A stretch of 64,000 nt of DNA from Balanoglossus misakiensis. Lineage: Eukaryota; Animalia; Hemichordata. The position numbers were made by a program, and so were the translations under genes. The notes beneath the pieces were generated by a model that was given only the letters and a program-made list of their open reading frames with translations, was not told the origin of the DNA and ran no database searches. Positions 8,701 through 24,100 of this stretch are shown piece after piece. Where the stretch lies: NCBI GenBank assembly GCA_040954595.2, contig CM082588.2, forward strand, positions 10,400,844-10,464,843, written 5' to 3'. Position 1 is the first letter of the stretch, and every line of letters starts with the position of its first letter.

Positions 8701-11700
8701 TCTACAGAGTCTAGTGGAAAACGTTATTATGCGCATAGGCCTATATATGTGTTCTGCGCATCACAACAGAATTTTGTAAACAAACGAGGCTGTGTTTGGA
8801 AGCAACCATGGACATTTTAGAACTATCTCTCGATCTACAGAGTCTATAGTGGAAAACTTTCTTATGCACATATGCCTATCTATGTGTTCTGCGCCTCACA
8901 ACAGAATTCGGTAAATAAACGAGGCTGTTTGGAAGCAACCATGGAAATTTTACAACTATCCGTCGATCTACAGAGTCTAGTGGAAAACGTTATTATGCGC
9001 ATAGGCCTATCTATGTGTTATGCGCATCACAACAGAAATCGGTAAATAAACGAGGCTGTATTTGGAAGCAACCATGAAATTTTACAACTATCCGTCGATC
9101 TACAGAGTCTGGTGGAAAACTTCCTTATGCGCATAGACCTATTACGTGTTCTGCGCCTCACAACAGAATTCGGTAAATAAACGAGGCTGTTTGGAAGCAA
9201 CCATGGACATTGTACAACTATCCGTCGATCTACACAGTCTAGTGGAAAACGTTCTTATGCGCATAGGCCTATCTATGTGTTATGCGCATCACAACAGAAA
9301 TCGCTAAATAAACGAGGCTGTATTTGGAAGCAACCATGAAATTTTACAACTATCCGTCGATCTACAGAGTCTAGTGGAAAAATGTCTCATGCGCATAGGC
9401 CTATCATGTGTTCTGCGCCTCACAACAGAAATCGGTAAATAAACGAGGCTGTTTGGAAGCAACCATGGAAATTTTACAGCTATCCGTCGATCTACAGAGT
9501 CTAGTGGAAACGTTCTTATGCGCATAGGCCTATAAATGTGTTCTGCGCATCACAACAGAATTTTGTAAACAAACGAGGCTGTGTTTGGTAGTAACCATGG
9601 ACATTTTAGAACTATCTCTCGATCTACAGAGTCTATAGTGGAAAACTTTCTTATGCACATATGCCTATCTATGTGTTCTGCGCCTCACAACAGAATTCGG
9701 TAAATAAACGAGGCTGTTTGGAAGCAACCATGGAAATTTTACAACTATCCGTCGATCTACAGAGTCTAGTGGAAAACGTTATTATGCGCATAGGCCTATA
9801 TATGTGTTCTGCGCATCACAACAGAATTTTGTAAACAAACGAGGCTGTGTTTGGAAGCAACCATGGACATTTTAGAACTATCTCTCGATCTACAGAGTCT
9901 ATAGTGGAAAACTTTCTTATGCACATATGCCTATCTATGTGTTCTGCGCCTCACAACAGAATTCGGTAAATAAACGAGGCTGTTTGGAAGCAACCATGGA
10001 AATTTTACAACTATCCGTCGATCTACAGAGTCTAGTGGAAAACGTTATTATGCGCATAGGCCTATATATGTGTTCTGCGCATCACAACAGAATTTTGTAA
10101 ACAAACGAGGCTGTGTTTGGAAGCAACCATGGAAATTTTAGAACTATCTCTCGATCTACAGAGTCTAGTGGAAAACTTTATTATGCACATATGCCTATCT
10201 ATGTGTTCTGCGCATCACAACAGAAATCGGTAAATAAACGAGGCTGTTTGGAAGCAACCATGGAAATTTTACAGCTATCCGTCGATCTACAGAGTCTAGT
10301 GGAAACGTTCTTATGCGCATAGGCCTATATATGTGTTCTGCGCATCACAACAGAATTTTGTAAACAAACGAGGCTGTGTTTGGTAGCAACCATGGACATT
10401 TTAGAACTATCTCTCGATCTACAGAGTCTATAGTGGAAAACTTTCTTATGCACATATGCCTATCTATGTGTTCTGCGCCTCACAACAGAATTCGGTAAAT
10501 AAACGAGGCTGTTTGGAAGCAACCATGGAAATTTTACAACTATCCGTCGATCTACAGAGTCTAGTGGAAAACGTTATTATGCGCATAGGCCTATATATGT
10601 GTTCTGCGCATCACAACAGAATTTTGTAAACAAACGAGGCTGTGTTTGGAAGCAACCATGGAAATTTTAGAACTATCTCTCCATCTACAGAGTCTAGTGG
10701 AAAACTTTATTATGCACATATGCCTATCTATGTGTTCTGCGCATCACAACAGAAATCGGTAAATAAACGAGGCTGTTTGGAAGCAACCATGGAAATTTTA
10801 CAACTATCCGTCGATCTACAGAGTCTGGTGGAAAACTTTCTTATGCGCATAGGCCTATTACGTGCTCTGCGCCTCACAACAGAATTCGGTAAATAAACGA
10901 GGCTGTTTGGAAGCAATCATGGAAATTTTAGAACTATCCGTCGATCTACAGAGTCTAGTGGGAAACTTTCTTATGCGCATAGGCATATGTATGTGTTCAG
11001 CGCATCACAACAGAATTTTATAAATGAACGAGGCTGTGTTTGGAAACAACCATGGAAATTTTACAACTATCCGTCGATCTACGGAGTCTGGTGGAAAACT
11101 TTCTTATGCGCATAGGCCTATCATGTGTTCTGCGCCTCACAACAGAAATCGGTAAATAAACGAGGCTGTTTGGAAGCAACCATGGAAATTGTACAACTAT
11201 CCGTCGATCTACATAGTCTAGTGGAAAACGTTCTTATGCGCATAGGCCTATCTATGTGTTATGCGCATCACAACAGAAATCGGTAAATAAACGAGGCTGT
11301 ATTTGGAAGCAATCATGAAATTTTACAACTATCCGTCGATCTACAGAGTCTGGTGGAAAACTTCCTTATGCGCATAGACCTATTACGGGTTCTGCGCCTC
11401 ACTACAGAATTCGGTAAATAAACGATGCTGTTTGGAAGCAACCATGGAAATTGTACAACTATCCGTCGATCTACAGAGTCTAGTGGAAAACGTTCTTATG
11501 CGCATAGGCCTATCTATGTGTTATGCGCATCACAACAGAAATCGGTAAATAAACGAGGCTGTGTTTGGAAGCAACCATGGACATTTTAGAACTATCTCTC
11601 GATCTACAGAGTCTATAGTGGAAAACTTTCTTATGCACATATGCCTATCTATGTGTTCTGCGCCTCACAACAGAAATCGGTAAATAAACGAGGCTGTTTA

Positions 11701-14700
11701 AAAGCAACCATGGAAATTTTACAGCTATCCGTCGATCTACAGAGTCTAGTGGAAACGTTCTTATGCGCATAGGCCTATATATGTGTTCTGCGCATCACAA
11801 CAGAATTTTGTGAACAAACGAGGCTGTGTTTGGAAGCAACCATGGACATTTTAGAACTATCTCTCGATCTACAGAGTCTATAGTGGAAAACTTTCTTATG
11901 CACATATGCCTATCTATGTGTTCTGCGCCTCACAACAGAAATCGGTAAATAAACGAGGCTGTATTTGGAAGCAACCATGTAAATTTTACAACTATCCGTC
12001 GATCTACAGAGTCTGGTGGAAAACTTTCTTATGCGCATAGGCCTATTACGTGTTCTGCGCCTCACAACAGAAATCGGTAAATAAACGAGGCTGTTTGGAA
12101 GCAACCATGTAAATTTTAGAACTATCCGTCGATCTACAGAGTCTAGTGGAAAAACGTTCATGTGCGCATAGGCCTATCATGTGTTATGCACATCACAACA
12201 GAATTTTGTAAACAAACGAGGCTTTGTTTGGAAGCAACAATGGAAATTTTAGAACTATCTGTCGATCTACGGAGTATAGTGGAAAACATTCATATGCGCA
12301 TAGGCCTATATATGTGTTCTGCGCATCACAACAGAATTTTGTAAACAATCGAGGATGTGTTTGGAAGCAATCATGGAAATTTTAGAACTATCCGTCGATC
12401 TACAGAGTCTAGTGGGAAACTTTCTTATGCGCATAGGCATATGTATGTGTTCTGCGCATCACAACAGAAATCGGTAAATAAACGAGGCTGTTTGGAAGCA
12501 ACCATGGAAATTTTACAACTATCCGTCGATCTACAGAGTCTGGTGGAAAACTTTCTTATGCGCATAGGCCTATTACGTGCTCTGCGCCTCACAACAGAAT
12601 TCGGTAAATAAACGAGGCTGTTTGGAAGCAACCATGGAACTTTTAGAACTATCCGTCGATCTACAGAGTCTAGTGGAAAAATGTCTTATGCGCATAGGCC
12701 TATCATGTGTTCTGTGCCTCACAACAGAAATCGGTAAATAAACGAGGCTGTTTGGAAGCAACCATGGAAATTGTACAACTATCCGTCGATCTACAGAGTC
12801 TAGTGGAAAACGTTCTTATGCGCATAGGCCTATCTATGTGTTATGCGCATCACAACAGAAATCGGTAAATAAACGAGGCTGTATTTGGAAGCAACCATGA
12901 AATTTTACAACTATCCGTCGATCTACAGAGTCTGGTGGAAAACTTCCTTATGCGCATAGACCTATTACGTGTTCTGCGCCTCACAACAGAATTCGGTAAA
13001 TAAACGAGGCTGTTTGGAAGCAACCATGGACATTGTACAACTATCCGTCGATCTACAAAGTCTAGTGGAAAACGTTCTTATGCGCATAGGCCTATCTATG
13101 TGTTATGCGCATCACAACAGAAATCGCTAAATAAACGAGGCTGTATTTGGAAGCAACCATGAAATTTTACAACTATCCGTCGATCTACAGAGTCTAGTGG
13201 AAAAATGTCTCATGCGCATAGGCCTATCATGTGTTCTGCGCCTCACAACAGAATTCGGTAAATAAACGAGGCTGTTTGGAAGCAACCATGGAAATTTTAC
13301 AACTATCCGTCGATCTACAGAGTCTAGTGGAAAACGTTATTATGCGCATAGGCCTATATATGTGTTCTGCGCATCACAACAGAATTTTGTAAACAAACGA
13401 GGCTGTGTTTGGAAGCAACCATGGACATTTTAGAACTAACTCTCGATCTACAGAGTCTATAGTGGAAAACTTTCTTATGCACATATGCCTATCTATGTGT
13501 TCTGCGCCTCACAACAGAATTCGGTAAATAAACGAGGCTGTTTGGAAGCAACCATGGAAATTTTACAACTATCCGTCGATCTACAGAGTCTAGTGGAAAA
13601 CGTTATTATGCGCATAGGCCTATATATGTGTTCTGCGCATCACAACAGAATTTTGTAAACAAACGAGGCTGTGTTTGGAAGCAACCATGGAAATTTTAGA
13701 ACTATCTCTCGATCTACAGAGTCTAGTGGAAAACTTTATTATGCACATATGCCTATCTATGTGTTCTGCGCATCACAACAGAAATCGGTAAATAAACGAG
13801 GCTGTTTGGAAGCAACCATGGAAATTTTACAACTATCCGTCGATCTACAGAGTCTGGTGGAAAACTTTCTTATGCGCATAGGCCTATTACGTGCTCTGCG
13901 CCTCACAACAGAATTCGGTAAATAAACGAGGCTGTTTGGAAGCAACCATGGAAATTTTAGAACTATCCGTCGATCTACAGAGTCTAGTGGAAAAATGTCT
14001 TATGCGCATAGGCCTATCATGTGTTCTGTGCCTCACAACAGAAATCGGTAAATAAACGAGGCTGTTTGGAAGCAACCATGGAAATTGTACAACTATCCGT
14101 CGATCTACAGAGTCTGGTGGAAAACTTCCTTATGCGCATAGGCCTATCTATGTGTTATGCGCATCACAACAGAAATCGGTAAATAAACGAGGCTGTATTT
14201 GGAAGCAACCATGAAATTTTACAACTATCCGTCGATCTACAGAGTCTGGTGGAAAACTTCCTTATGCGCATAGACCTATTACGTGTTCTGCGCCTCACAA
14301 CAGAATTCGGTAAATAAACGAGGCTGTTTGGAAGCAACCATGGACATTGTACAACTATCCGTCGATCTACAAAGTCTAGTGGAAAACGTTCTTATGCGCA
14401 TAGGCCTATCTATGTGTTATGCGCATCACAACAGAAATCGCTAAATAAACGAGGCTGTATTTGGAAGCAACCATGAAATTTTACAACTATCCGTCGATCT
14501 ACAGAGTCTAGTGGAAAAATGTCTCATGCGCATAGGCCTATCATGTGTTCTGCGCCTCACAACAGAAATCGGTAAATAAACGAGGCTGTTTGGAAGCAAC
14601 CATGGAAATTTTACAGCTATCCGTCGATCTACAGAGTCTAGTGGAAACGTTCTTATGCGCATAGGCCTATATATGTGTTCTGCGCATCACAACAGAATTT

Positions 14701-17700
14701 TGTAAACAAACGAGGCTGTGTTTGGTAGCAACCATGGACATTTTAGAACTATCTCTCGATCTACAGAGTCTATAGTGGAAAACTTTCTTATGCACATATG
14801 CCTATCTATGTGTTCTGCGCCTCACAACAGAATTCGGTAAATAAACGAGGCTGTTTGGAAGCAACCATGGAAATTTTACAACTATCCGTCGATCTACAGA
14901 GTCTAGTGGAAAACGTTATTATGCGCATAGGCCTATATATGTGTTCTGCGCATCACAACAGAATTTTGTAAACAAACGAGGCTGTGTTTGGAAGCAACCA
15001 TGGACATTTTAGAACTATCTCTCGATCTACAGAGTCTATAGTGGAAAACTTTCTTATGCACATATGCCTATCTATGTGTTCTGCGCCTCACAACAGAATT
15101 CGGTAAATAAACGAGGCTGTTTGGAAGCAACCATGGAAATTTTACAACTATCCGTCGATCTACAGAGTCTAGTGGAAAACGTTATTATGCGCATAGGCCT
15201 ATCTATGTGTTATGCGCATCACAACAGAAATCGGTAAATAAACGAGGCTGTATTTGGAAGCAACCATGAAATTTTACAACTATCCGTCGATCTACAGAGT
15301 CTGGTGGAAAACTTCCTTATGCGCATAGACCTATTACGTGTTCTGCGCCTCACAACAGAATTCGGTAAATAAACGAGGCTGTTTGGAAGCAACCATGGAC
15401 ATTGTACAACTATCCGTCGATCTACACAGTCTAGTGGAAAACGTTCTTATGCGCATAGGCCTATCTATGTGTTATGCGCATCACAACAGAAATCGCTAAA
15501 TAAACGAGGCTGTATTTGGAAGCAACCATGAAATTTTACAACTATCCGTCGATCTACAGAGTCTAGTGGAAAAATGTCTCATGCGCATAGGCCTATCATG
15601 TGTTCTGCGCCTCACAACAGAAATCGGTAAATAAACGAGGCTGTTTGGAAGCAACCATGGAAATTTTACAGCTATCCGTCGATCTACAGAGTCTAGTGGA
15701 AACGTTCTTATGCGCATAGGCCTATATATGTGTTCTGCGCATCACAACAGAATTTTGTAAACAAACGAGGCTGTGTTTGGTAGCAACCATGGACATTTTA
15801 GAACTATCTCTCGATCTACAGAGTCTATAGTGGAAAACTTTCTTATGCACATATGCCTATCTATGTGTTCTGCGCCTCACAACAGAATTCGGTAAATAAA
15901 CGAGGCTGTTTGGAAGCAACCATGGAAATTTTACAACTATCCGTCGATCTACAGAGTCTAGTGGAAAACGTTATTATGCGCATAGGCCTATATATGTGTT
16001 CTGCGCATCACAACAGAATTTTGTAAACAAACGAGGCTGTGTTTGGAAGCAACCATGGACATTTTAGAACTATCTCTCGATCTACAGAGTCTATAGTGGA
16101 AAACTTTCTTATGCACATATGCCTATCTATGTGTTCTGCGCCTCACAACAGAATTCGGTAAATAAACGAGGCTGTTTGGAAGCAACCATGGAAATTTTAC
16201 AACTATCCGTCGATCTACAGAGTCTAGTGGAAAACGTTATTATGCGCATAGGCCTATATATGTGTTCTGCGCATCACAACAGAATTTTGTAAACAAACGA
16301 GGCTGTGTTTGGAAGCAACCATGGAAATTTTAGAACTATCTCTCGATCTACAGAGTCTAGTGGAAAACTTTATTATGCACATATGCCTATCTATGTGTTC
16401 TGCGCATCACAACAGAAATCGGTAAATAAACGAGGCTGTTTGGAAGCAACCATGGAAATTTTACAGCTATCCGTCGATCTACAGAGTCTAGTGGAAACGT
16501 TCTTATGCGCATAGGCCTATATATGTGTTCTGCGCATCACAACAGAATTTTGTAAACAAACGAGGCTGTGTTTGGTAGCAACCATGGACATTTTAGAACT
16601 ATCTCTCGATCTACAGAGTCTATAGTGGAAAACTTTCTTATGCACATATGCCTATCTATGTGTTCTGCGCCTCACAACAGAATTCGGTAAATAAACGAGG
16701 CTGTTTGGAAGCAACCATGGAAATTTTACAACTATCCGTCGATCTACAGAGTCTAGTGGAAAACGTTATTATGCGCATAGGCCTATATATGTGTTCTGCG
16801 CATCACAACAGAATTTTGTAAACAAACGAGGCTGTGTTTGGAAGCAACCATGGAAATTTTAGAACTATCTCTCCATCTACAGAGTCTAGTGGAAAACTTT
16901 ATTATGCACATATGCCTATCTATGTGTTCTGCGCATCACAACAGAAATCGGTAAATAAACGAGGCTGTTTGGAAGCAACCATGGAAATTTTACAACTATC
17001 CGTCGATCTACAGAGTCTGGTGGAAAACTTTCTTATGCGCATAGGCCTATTACGTGCTCTGCGCCTCACAACAGAATTCGGTAAATAAACGAGGCTGTTT
17101 GGAAGCAATCATGGAAATTTTAGAACTATCCGTCGATCTACAGAGTCTAGTGGGAAACTTTCTTATGCGCATAGGCATATGTATGTGTTCAGCGCATCAC
17201 AACAGAATTTTATAAATGAACGAGGCTGTGTTTGGAAACAACCATGGAAATTTTACAACTATCCGTCGATCTACGGAGTCTGGTGGAAAACTTTCTTATG
17301 CGCATAGGCCTATCATGTGTTCTGCGCCTCACAACAGAAATCGGTAAATAAACGAGGCTGTTTGGAAGCAACCATGGAAATTGTACAACTATCCGTCGAT
17401 CTACATAGTCTAGTGGAAAACGTTCTTATGCGCATAGGCCTATCTATGTGTTATGCGCATCACAACAGAAATCGGTAAATAAACGAGGCTGTATTTGGAA
17501 GCAATCATGAAATTTTACAACTATCCGTCGATCTACAGAGTCTGGTGGAAAACTTCCTTATGCGCATAGACCTATTACGTGTTCTGCGCCTCACAACAGA
17601 ATTCGGTAAATAAACGATGCTGTTTGGAAGCAACCATGGAAATTGTACAACTATCCGTCGATCTACAGAGTCTAGTGGAAAACGTTCTTATGCGCATAGG

Positions 17701-18121
17701 CCTATCTATATGTTATGCGCATCACAACAGAAATCGGTAAATAAACGAGGCTGTGTTTGGAAGCAACCATGGACATTTTAGAACTATCTCTCGATCTACA
17801 GAGTCTATAGTGGAAAACTTTCTTATGCACATATGCCTATCTATGTGTTCTGCGCCTCACAACAGAAATCGGTAAATAAACGAGGCTGTTTAAAAGCAAC
17901 CATGGAAATTTTACAGCTATCCGTCGATCTACAGAGTCTAGTGGAAACGTTCTTATGCGCATAGGCCTATATATGTGTTCTGCGCATCACAACAGAATTT
18001 TGTGAACAAACGAGGCTGTGTTTGGAAGCAACCATGGACATTTTAGAACTATCTCTCGATCTACAGAGTCTATAGTGGAAAACTTTCTTATGCACATATG
18101 CCTATCTATGTGTTCTGCGCC
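5738..18121. repeat. Tandem duplication of a 6192-bp (~47-monomer) satellite block
   Basis: ORF-track pairs are offset by exactly 6192 (5970/12162, 7479/13671, 9304/15496, 10642/16834). Rare variants are shared at the same offset, for example CTCTCCATC ~10680/16872 and TTTTGTGAAC ~11807/17999. Confidence 0.95.
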
Positions 18122-21100
18122 TCACAACAGAATTCGGTAAATAAACGAGGCTGTTTGGAAGCAACCATGGAAATTTTACAACTATCCGTCGATCTACAGA
18201 GTCTAGTGGAAAACGTTATTATGCGCATAGGCCTATATATGTGTTCTGCGCATCACAACAGAATTTTGTAAACAAACGAGGCTGTGTTTGGAAGCAACCA
18301 TGGAAATTTTAGAACTATCTCTCGATCTACAGAGTCTAGTGGAAAACTTTATTATGCACATATGCCTATATATGTGTTCTGCGCATCACAACAGAAATCG
18401 GTAAATAAACGAGGCTGTTTGGAAGCAACCATGGAAATTTTACAACTATCCGTCGATCTACAGAGTCTGGTGGAAAACTTTCTTATGCGCATAGGCCTAT
18501 TACGTGCTCTGCGCCTCACAACAGAATTCGGTAAATAAACGAGGCTGTTTGGAAGCAACCATGGAAATTTTAGAACTATCCGTCGATCTACAGAGTCTAG
18601 TGGAAAAATGTCTTATGCGCATAGGCCTATCATGTGTTCTGTGCCTCACAACAGAAATCGGTAAATAAACGAGGCTGTTTGGAAGCAACCATGGAAATTG
18701 TACAACTATCCGTCGATCTACAGAGTCTAGTGGAAAACGTTCTTATGCGCATAGGCCTATCTATGTGTTATGCGCATCACAACAGAAATCGGTAAATAAA
18801 CGAGGCTGTATTTGGAAGCAACCATGGAAATTGTACAACTATCCATCGATCTACAGAGTCTATAGTGGAAAACTTTCTTATGCACATATGCCTATCTATG
18901 TGTTCTGCGCCTCACAACAGAAATCGGTAAATAAACGAGGCTGTTTAAAAGCAACCATGGAAATTTTACAGCTATCCGTCGATCTACAGAGTCTAGTGGA
19001 AACGTTCTTATGCGCATAGGCCTATATATGTGTTCTGCGCATCACAACAGAATTTTGTAAACAAACGAGGCTGTGTTTGGAAGCAACCATGGACATTTTA
19101 GAACTATCTCTCGATCTACAGAGTCTATAGTGGAAAACTTTCTTATGCACATATGCCTATATATGTGTTCTGCGCATCACAACAGAATTTTGTAAACAAA
19201 CGAGGCTGTGTTTGGTAGCAACCATGGACATTTTAGAACTATCTCTCGATCTACAGAGTCTATAGTGGAAAACTTTCTTATGCACATATGCCTATCTATG
19301 TGTTCTGCGCCTCACAACAGAATTCGGTAAATAAACGAGGCTGTTTGGAAGCAACCATGGAAATTTTACAACTATCCGTCGATCTACAGAGTCTAGTGGA
19401 AAACGTTATTATGCGCATAGGCCTATATATGTGTTCTGCGCATCACAACAGAATTTTGTAAACAAACGAGGCTGTGTTTGGAAGCAACCATGGAAATTTT
19501 AGAACTATCTCTCGATCTACAGAGTCTAGTGGAAAACTTTATTATGCACATATGCCTATCTATGTGTTCTGCGCATCACAACAGAAATCGGTAAATAAAC
19601 GAGGCTGTTTGGAAGCAACCATGGAAATTTTACAACTATCCGTCGATCTACAGAGTCTGGTGGAAAACTTTCTTATGCGCATAGGCCTATTACGTGCTCT
19701 GCGCCTCACAACAGAATTCGGTAAATAAACGAGGCTGTTTGGAAGCAACCATGGAAATTTTAGAACTATCCGTCGATCTACAGAGTCTAGTGGAAAAATG
19801 TCTTATGCGCATAGGCCTATCATGTGTTCTGTGCCTCACAACAGAAATCGGTAAATAAACGAGGCTGTTTGGAAGCAACCATGGAAATTGTACAACTATC
19901 CGTCGATCTACAGAGTCTAGTGGAAAACGTTCTTATGCGCATAGGCCTATCTATGTGTTATGCGCATCACAACAGAAATCGGTAAATAAACGAGGCTGTA
20001 TTTGGAAGCAACCATGAAATTTTACAACTATCCGTCGATCTACAGAGTCTGGTGGAAAACTTCCTTATGCGCATAGACCTATTACGTGTTCTGCGCCTCA
20101 CAACAGAATTCGGTAAATAAACGAGGCTGTTTGGAAGCAACCATGGACATTGTACAACTATCCGTCGATCTACAAAGTCTAGTGGAAAACGTTCTTATGC
20201 GCATAGGCCTATCTATGTGTTATGCGCATCACAACAGAAATCGCTAAATAAACGAGGCTGTATTTGGAAGCAACCATGAAATTTTACAACTATCCGTCGA
20301 TCTACAGAGTCTAGTGGAAAAATGTCTCATGCGCATAGGCATATCATGTGTTCTGCGCCTCACAACAGAAATCGGTAAATAAACGAGGCTGTTTGGAAGC
20401 AACCATGGAAATTTTACAGCTATCCGTCGATCTACAGAGTCTAGTGGAAACGTTCTTATGCGCATAGGCCTATATATGTGTTCTGCGCATCACAACAGAA
20501 TTTTGTAAACAAACGAGGCTGTGTTTGGTAGCAACCATGGACATTTTAGAACTATCTCTCGATCTACAGAGTCTATAGTGGAAAACTTTCTTATGCACAT
20601 ATGCCTATCTATGTGTTCTGCGCCTCACAACAGAATTCGGTAAATAAACGAGGCTGTTTGGAAGCAACCATGGAAATTTTACAACTATCCGTCGATCTAC
20701 AGAGTCTAGTGGAAAACGTTATTATGCGCATAGGCCTATATATGTGTTCTGCGCATCACAACAGAATTTTGTAAACAAACGAGGCTGTGTTTGGAAGCAA
20801 CCATGGACATTTTAGAACTATCTCTCGATCTACAGAGTCTATAGTGGAAAACTTTCTTATGCACATATGCCTATCTATGTGTTCTGCGCCTCACAACAGA
20901 ATTCGGTAAATAAACGAGGCTGTTTGGAAGCAACCATGGAAATTTTACAACTATCCGTCGATCTACAGAGTCTAGTGGAAAACGTTATTATGCGCATAGG
21001 CCTATATATGTGTTCTGCGCATCACAACAGAATTTTGTAAACAAACGAGGCTGTGTTTGGAAGCAACCATGGAAATTTTAGAACTATCTCTCGATCTACA

Positions 21101-24100
21101 GAGTCTAGTGGAAAACTTTATTATGCACATATGCCTATCTATGTGTTCTGCGCATCACAACAGAAATCGGTAAATAAACGAGGCTGTTTGGAAGCAACCA
21201 TGGAAATTTTACAACTATCCGTCGATCTACAGAGTCTGGTGGAAAACTTTCTTATGCGCATAGGCCTATTACGTGCTCTGCGCCTCACAACAGAATTCGG
21301 TAAATAAACGAGGCTGTTTGGAAGCAACCATGGAAATTTTAGAACTATCCGTCGATCTACAGAGTCTAGTGGAAAAATGTCTTATGCGCATAGGCCTATC
21401 ATGTGTTCTGCGCCTCACAACAGAATTCGGTAAATAAACGAGGCTGTTTGGAAGCAACCATGGACATTGTACAACTATCCGTCGATCTACAAAGTCTAGT
21501 GGAAAACGTTCTTATGCGCATAGGCCTATCTATGTGTTATGCGCATCACAACAGAAATCGCTAAATAAACGAGGCTGTATTTGGAAGCAACCATGAAATT
21601 TTACAACTATCCGTCGATCTACAGAGTCTAGTGGAAAAATGTCTCATGCGCATAGGCCTATCATGTGTTCTGCGCCTCACAACAGAAATCGGTAAATAAA
21701 CGAGGCTGTTTGGAAGCAACCATGGAAATTTTACAGCTATCCGTCGATCTACAGAGTCTAGTGGAAACGTTCTTATGCGCATAGGCCTATATATGTGTTC
21801 TGCGCATCACAACAGAATTTTGTAAACAAACGAGGCTGTGTTTGGTAGCAACCATGGACATTTTAGAACTATCTCTCGATCTACAGAGTCTATAGTGGAA
21901 AACTTTCTTATGCACATATGCCTATCTATGTGTTCTGCGCCTCACAACAGAATTCGGTAAATAAACGAGGCTGTTTGGAAGCAACCATGGAAATTTTACA
22001 ACTATCCGTCGATCTACAGAGTCTAGTGGAAAACGTTATTATGCGCATAGGCCTATATATGTGTTCTGCGCATCACAACAGAATTTTGTAAACAAACGAG
22101 GCTGTGTTTGGAAGCAACCATGGACATTTTAGAACTATCTCTCGATCTACAGAGTCTATAGTGGAAAACTTTCTTATGCACATATGCCTATCTATGTGTT
22201 CTGCGCCTCACAACAGAATTCGGTAAATAAACGAGGCTGTTTGGAAGCAACCATGGAAATTTTACAACTATCCGTCGATCTACAGAGTCTAGTGGAAAAC
22301 GTTATTATGCGCATAGGCCTATATATGTGTTCTGCGCATCACAACAGAATTTTGTAAACAAACGAGGCTGTGTTTGGAAGCAACCATGGAAATTTTAGAA
22401 CTATCTCTCGATCTACAGAGTCTAGTGGAAAACTTTATTATGCACATATGCCTATCTATGTGTTCTGCGCATCACAACAGAAATCGGTAAATAAACGAGG
22501 CTGTTTGGAAGCAACAATGGAAATTTTACAACTATCCGTCGATCTACAGAGTCTGTTGGAAAACTTTCTTATGCGCATAGGCCTATTACGTGCTCTGCGC
22601 CTCACAACAGAATTCGGTAAATAAACGAGGCTGTTTGGAAGCAACCATGGAAATTTTAGAACTATCCGTCGATCTACAGAGTCTAGTGGAAAAATGTCTT
22701 ATGCGCATAGGCCTATCATGTGTTCTGCGCCTCACAACAGAAATCGGTAAATAAACGAGGCTGTTTGGAAGCAACCATGGAAATTGTACAACTATCCGTC
22801 GATCTACAGAGTCTAGTGGAAAACGTTCTTATGCGCATAGGCCTATCTATGTGTTATGCGCATCACAACAGAAATCGGTAAATAAACGAGGCTGTATTTG
22901 GAAGCAACCATGAAATTTTACAACTATCCGTCGATCTACAGAGTCTGGTGGAAAACTTCCTTATGCGCATAGACCTATTACGTGTTCTGCGCCTCACAAC
23001 ACAATTCGGTAAATAAACGAGGCTGTTTGGAAGCAACCATGGACATTGTACAACTATCCGTCGATCTACAAAGTCTAGTGGAAAACGTTCTTATGCGCAT
23101 AGGCCTATCTATGTGTTATGCGCATCACAACAGAAATCGCTAAATAAACGAGGCTGTTTGGAAGCAACCATGGACATTGTACAACTATCCGTCGATCTAC
23201 AGAGTCTAGTGGAAAACGTTATTATGCGCATAGGCCTATATATGTGTTCTGCGCATCACAACAGAATTTTGTAAACAAACGAGGCTGTGTTTGGAAGCAA
23301 CCATGGACATTTTAGAACTATCTCTCGATCTACAGAGTCTATAGTGGAAAACTTTCTTATGCACATAGGCCTATCTATGTGTTCTGTGCCTCACAACAGA
23401 ATTCGGTAAATAAACGAGGCTGTTTGGAAGCAACCATGGAAATTTTACAACTATCCGTCGATCTACAGAGTCTAGTGGAAAACGTTCTTATGCGCATAGG
23501 CCTATATATGTGTTCTGCGCATCACAAAAGAGTTTTGTAAACAAACGAGGCTGTGTTTGAAAGCAACCATGGACATTTTAGAACTATCTCTCGATCTACA
23601 GAGTCTATAGTGGAAAACTTTCTTATGCACATAGGCCTATCTATGTGTTCTGTGCCTCACAACAGAATTCGGTAAATAAACGAGGCTGTTTGGAAGCAAC
23701 CATGGAAATTTTAGAACTATCCGTCGATCTACAGAGTCTAGTGGAAAACGTTCTTATGCGCATAGGCCTATATATGTTTCTGCGCATCACAACAGAATTT
23801 TGTAAACAAACGAGGCTGTGTTTGGAAGCAACCATGGAAATTTTAGAACTATCTCTCGATGTACAGAGTCTATAGTGGAAAACTTTCTTATGCACATAGG
23901 CCTATCTATGTGTTCTGTGCCTCACAACAGAATTCGGTAAATAAACGAGGCTGTTTGGAAGCAACCATGGAAATTTTACAACTATCCGTCGATCTACAGA
24001 GTCTAGTGGAAAACGTTCTTATGCGCATAGGCCTATATATGTGTTCTGCGCATCACAAAAGAGTTTTGTAAACAAACGAGGCTGTGTTTGAAAGCAACCA

